A DNA stretch of 64,000 nt from the NCBI GenBank assembly GCA_013239625.1, contig MU053934.1:9569352-9633351 (forward strand), read 5' to 3'. Both the position numbers and the translations under genes were made by a program. The notes below the pieces were generated by a model. That model had not been told where the DNA came from. It did not search any database and saw nothing but the letters and a program-made list of their open reading frames with translations. Source of the DNA: Lama guanicoe. Its lineage: Eukaryota. Of the stretch, positions 61,501 through 64,000 are shown piece by piece (positions within the stretch are counted from its first letter, which is position 1; each line of letters begins with the position of its first letter).

Positions 61501-62524
61501 CAGTGCCTCCCTCATGGGCTTGGCATGTAATAAGGACTCAGGAAGTGTTATCCGCCATCACCCACAGCAACAGAATCTCTCATTTAGGGCAGTGTCTTGT
61601 CTCAATGGTGGCCAATGGTGACAAGGCCCCAAAGTTGGCCCATGAAAGCGTATAAACCCATAACAACATGATGCAGATGAAGTGCAGGCTATTTTCAACA
61701 CTCACTGCCGTCAGATGTCTAGAAAAGGTGCCTGAGTTGAACTGCACGACTCCATAAAGACACACGCTGGCTGGTAGTTACCCCAGTACGAGGGAAGTAC
61801 CAGGTGTTACGGGAGGGGGAGATTCTAGAGTCTCAGAGACAGTCACTCCACTGCAAGGATAAACAGGAACTTCCCCGCTCCCCACACGCTGGGTGGCTCA
61901 TCTGCACGTGGACTCCGTGGGAGTCACCTTCCCTCCCGCTGGGACGGTGCCGACCCGCAGTCTTTTGCTCCCGGTGCCGCTGCTGAGGGACGGCAAAGCT
62001 TTCCGGTAGCTGACGTTTGCCACGTGACGTCTTTGCTCCCTCTGAAAACTCGCAGGGTCTGGGAGGCTGCCCTCTTTGTCCGGAGCGTTCTGGGTTTCCC
62101 AGGGGCCTGCCTTGGCGCGGGTGCGTAGCCATCCGTTCTGTCGGGCCCCTGGGAATCGACGGCCTCCGTCTCTGAGGCCCGTCCTTGAGCTCGCTCGTGG
62201 ATAACTTCCCCTGCGGTCGCCTCACCTCCCTCGCTCCAGGGTTTCTTCATCTGGGCGACTCTCGCCTCCCGGCCTGGTCCCCTCACTTTCTCCTCCGGCT
62301 TCTCCCGCGTCCGTCTCCGTCTTTCCACTTTTGCTTCTGGGAGGCTACGGCCTTTGCCCCCGAACACTTCCCGCACGCTTGTGGTCGTGTCCAGAGGGGC
62401 TTCTGGTCTCAGGATGCTCCTTTTCACTGCAAATTCTTCTCCTCTTTCTGAGGATATTAACGATGTTTCCCCTGGCTTTGTCGTTTTCTTCCTCCAGTGT
62501 ATTGTTCCCTCTAAGCTGATTTTT

Positions 62525-62686
62525 ATTAAAATTTTTTTCTTTAATTAAAAAATTTTTTAAATTTCATTTTTGAGGGGAGGGGTAATTAGGTTTGCGGGTT
62601 TTTTTTTTAATGGCAGTACCGGGGATTGAACCCAGGACCCTGTGCATGCTAAGCAGGCCTTCTGCCCCAGAGCTATAGCCGCCCCC
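62525..62686 (-). mobile_element. tRNA-derived SINE (Vic-1-like)
   Basis: ggtaattaggttt..ggggattgaacccaggaccctgtgcatgctaagc..gagctata, the reverse complement of the SINE. Confidence 0.88.
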
Positions 62687-63689
62687 TGATTTGTCTGTTT
62701 GTCTGTTTGTCTGTTTCTTTCGTGTTAGAGGCCTTCCTCAGAAGTCTGGTATTTTGGGGGGGTGTCTAGTTTTAAAGAGAGGAACTATAAAGCTGACTGA
62801 GGCTGTGGGCAGAGATGGAGATACTCATTTTAGACGTCCTTTCCGAGATCAGGCTGGGCAGGGAGGGATGGGCTCCTGATGGGCTGGTCATTGGTATCTT
62901 TAAGTCTCCCTTCTGAAGTGGAAGATATTTCCAGATATTTCAATCCTCTGCTTGGGGGGGGGGAGGGAGGGAGACCTCGAGCCCCCAGGGTTCCGGGAGG
63001 GAGAGGAGAGCAGGCTGGGGTGTCCGCGTTCCAAATGCACACTCGTGCTGAATCCCCTTTGCTGGTGGCACTCTGCCTCCGCCATGCCTGCTGGCCGCCC
63101 GGTGCGCATCCCGGTTCCCAGTTCCCAGCGGCTGCAGGAGCATCCAGTTCCTGTGTAGGCGGATGGGGGAGAGGATTAGGGCCGCTGCTCAGAGCTGCTG
63201 CCCGCCCTCCTGCTGTAGCCCCAGATGTGCCCCTGCCTGGCCACCCGGTCCCCCAGTTCCTGAGTGCTTGGACTCTGCAAGATGAACCTCACGGTTCCTG
63301 CCGTTCCCAGAGTTGGTTTTGCATCTCTGCTCCGTCCTCTGCCTCCATCTCCTTTCCAGCCTCCAGCTGTTTCTGCCCTTGTCTCCCTGCCCCTGTCTCC
63401 CAGCCCCTCTCTCCCAGCCCCTCTCTCCTGCACGGATTTATACCTTTTGTTTTTAAAAGCTTTGCAAAGGGGATGCAGAAAAAAGTGAAATTAAGTGCGT
63501 ATGATTCACCACGCCATCTCAAAATCTTCCTCTCTTTTTATAGATAAGAAATGGAGGCTCAGGGACTTTGTAAATTAGCTCATTGTTACACAACTCATAC
63601 AAAGCGTTGACAGTTTCAACTGACTCCAGAACCTACACTTCCTAATCATGGGGCCAAGATGAAATTTTGAATTAAAAAGAAGGTTCTGT

Positions 63690-64000
63690 AGCAAGAAAGA
63701 TACATGCACCCCAATGTTCACAGCAGCACTATTTACAACAGCCAAGATGTGGAAGCAACCTAAACACCCATCGACAGATGATGGATAAAGAAGCTGTGGT
63801 ATATTTATACAGTGGAATACTACTCGGTCATAGAAAAGAACAAAGTAATGCTATTTGCAGCAACATGGATGGACCTAGAGATTATCATACTAAGTGAAAT
63901 AAGTCAGACAGAGAAAGACAGACATCATATGATATCACTTATATGTGGAATCTAAAAAAATGACTTATATGTGGAATCTAAAAAAATGACTTATATGTGG
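63690..64000 (+). mobile_element. Younger L1 ORF2 end/3'UTR fragment, truncated by the window edge
   Basis: aaagatacatgcaccccaatgttcacagcagcactatttaca..gcagcaacatggatggacctagagattatcatactaagtgaa. Confidence 0.93.
63937..64000 (+). repeat. Perfect 26-bp tandem repeat inside L1 (at least 2.4 copies, runs off window)
   Basis: ACTTATATGTGGAATCTAAAAAAATG starts at 63937, 63963, 63989. Confidence 0.95.

Larger units (their letters stand above)
32094..64000 (+). other. PPARA: PPARA 5'UTR intron(s), continuing past the window; no coding exon seen
   Basis: Follows exon 2; the PPARA start (MVDTES-like) was not found in the sequence or ORF track; PPARA is known to have long 5' introns. Confidence 0.75.

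Overview
Mammalian (eutherian) genomic DNA, very probably a camelid, because it carries seven copies of a tRNA-derived SINE matching the camelid Vic-1 family. The window is the let-7a-3/let-7b to PPARA syntenic block. It opens with the 3' end of the let-7 host transcript (MIRLET7BHG-equivalent): pre-let-7a-3 (1688-1761), pre-let-7b (2427-2510) and a poly(A) signal at 2618. About 27 kb of GC-rich intergenic DNA follows, then the PPARA CpG-island promoter (~29.7-31.9 kb) with two non-coding 5' exons (~30792-30851, 32011-32093). The rest is a long, repeat-dense PPARA intron running off the window end; the first PPARA coding exon was not found here. I found no credible intact protein-coding sequence and read the ORF track as GC-rich or repeat noise. 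I see no clearly new multi-gene system. The best leads are: a seed-altering but pairing-preserving variant of let-7a-3-3p; a GGAGA hairpin abutting the pri-let-7 poly(A) signal; a decayed, L1-interrupted coding-like fragment with 11-aa repeats in the PPARA intron; a candidate L1 3' transduction; a degenerate HNF4-type DR1 and a liver-type motif cluster upstream of PPARA; and CpG-gaining repeat copies suggestive of GC-biased gene conversion. All comparisons with human sequences and repeat consensus sequences are from memory and need database confirmation; repeat boundaries are approximate.
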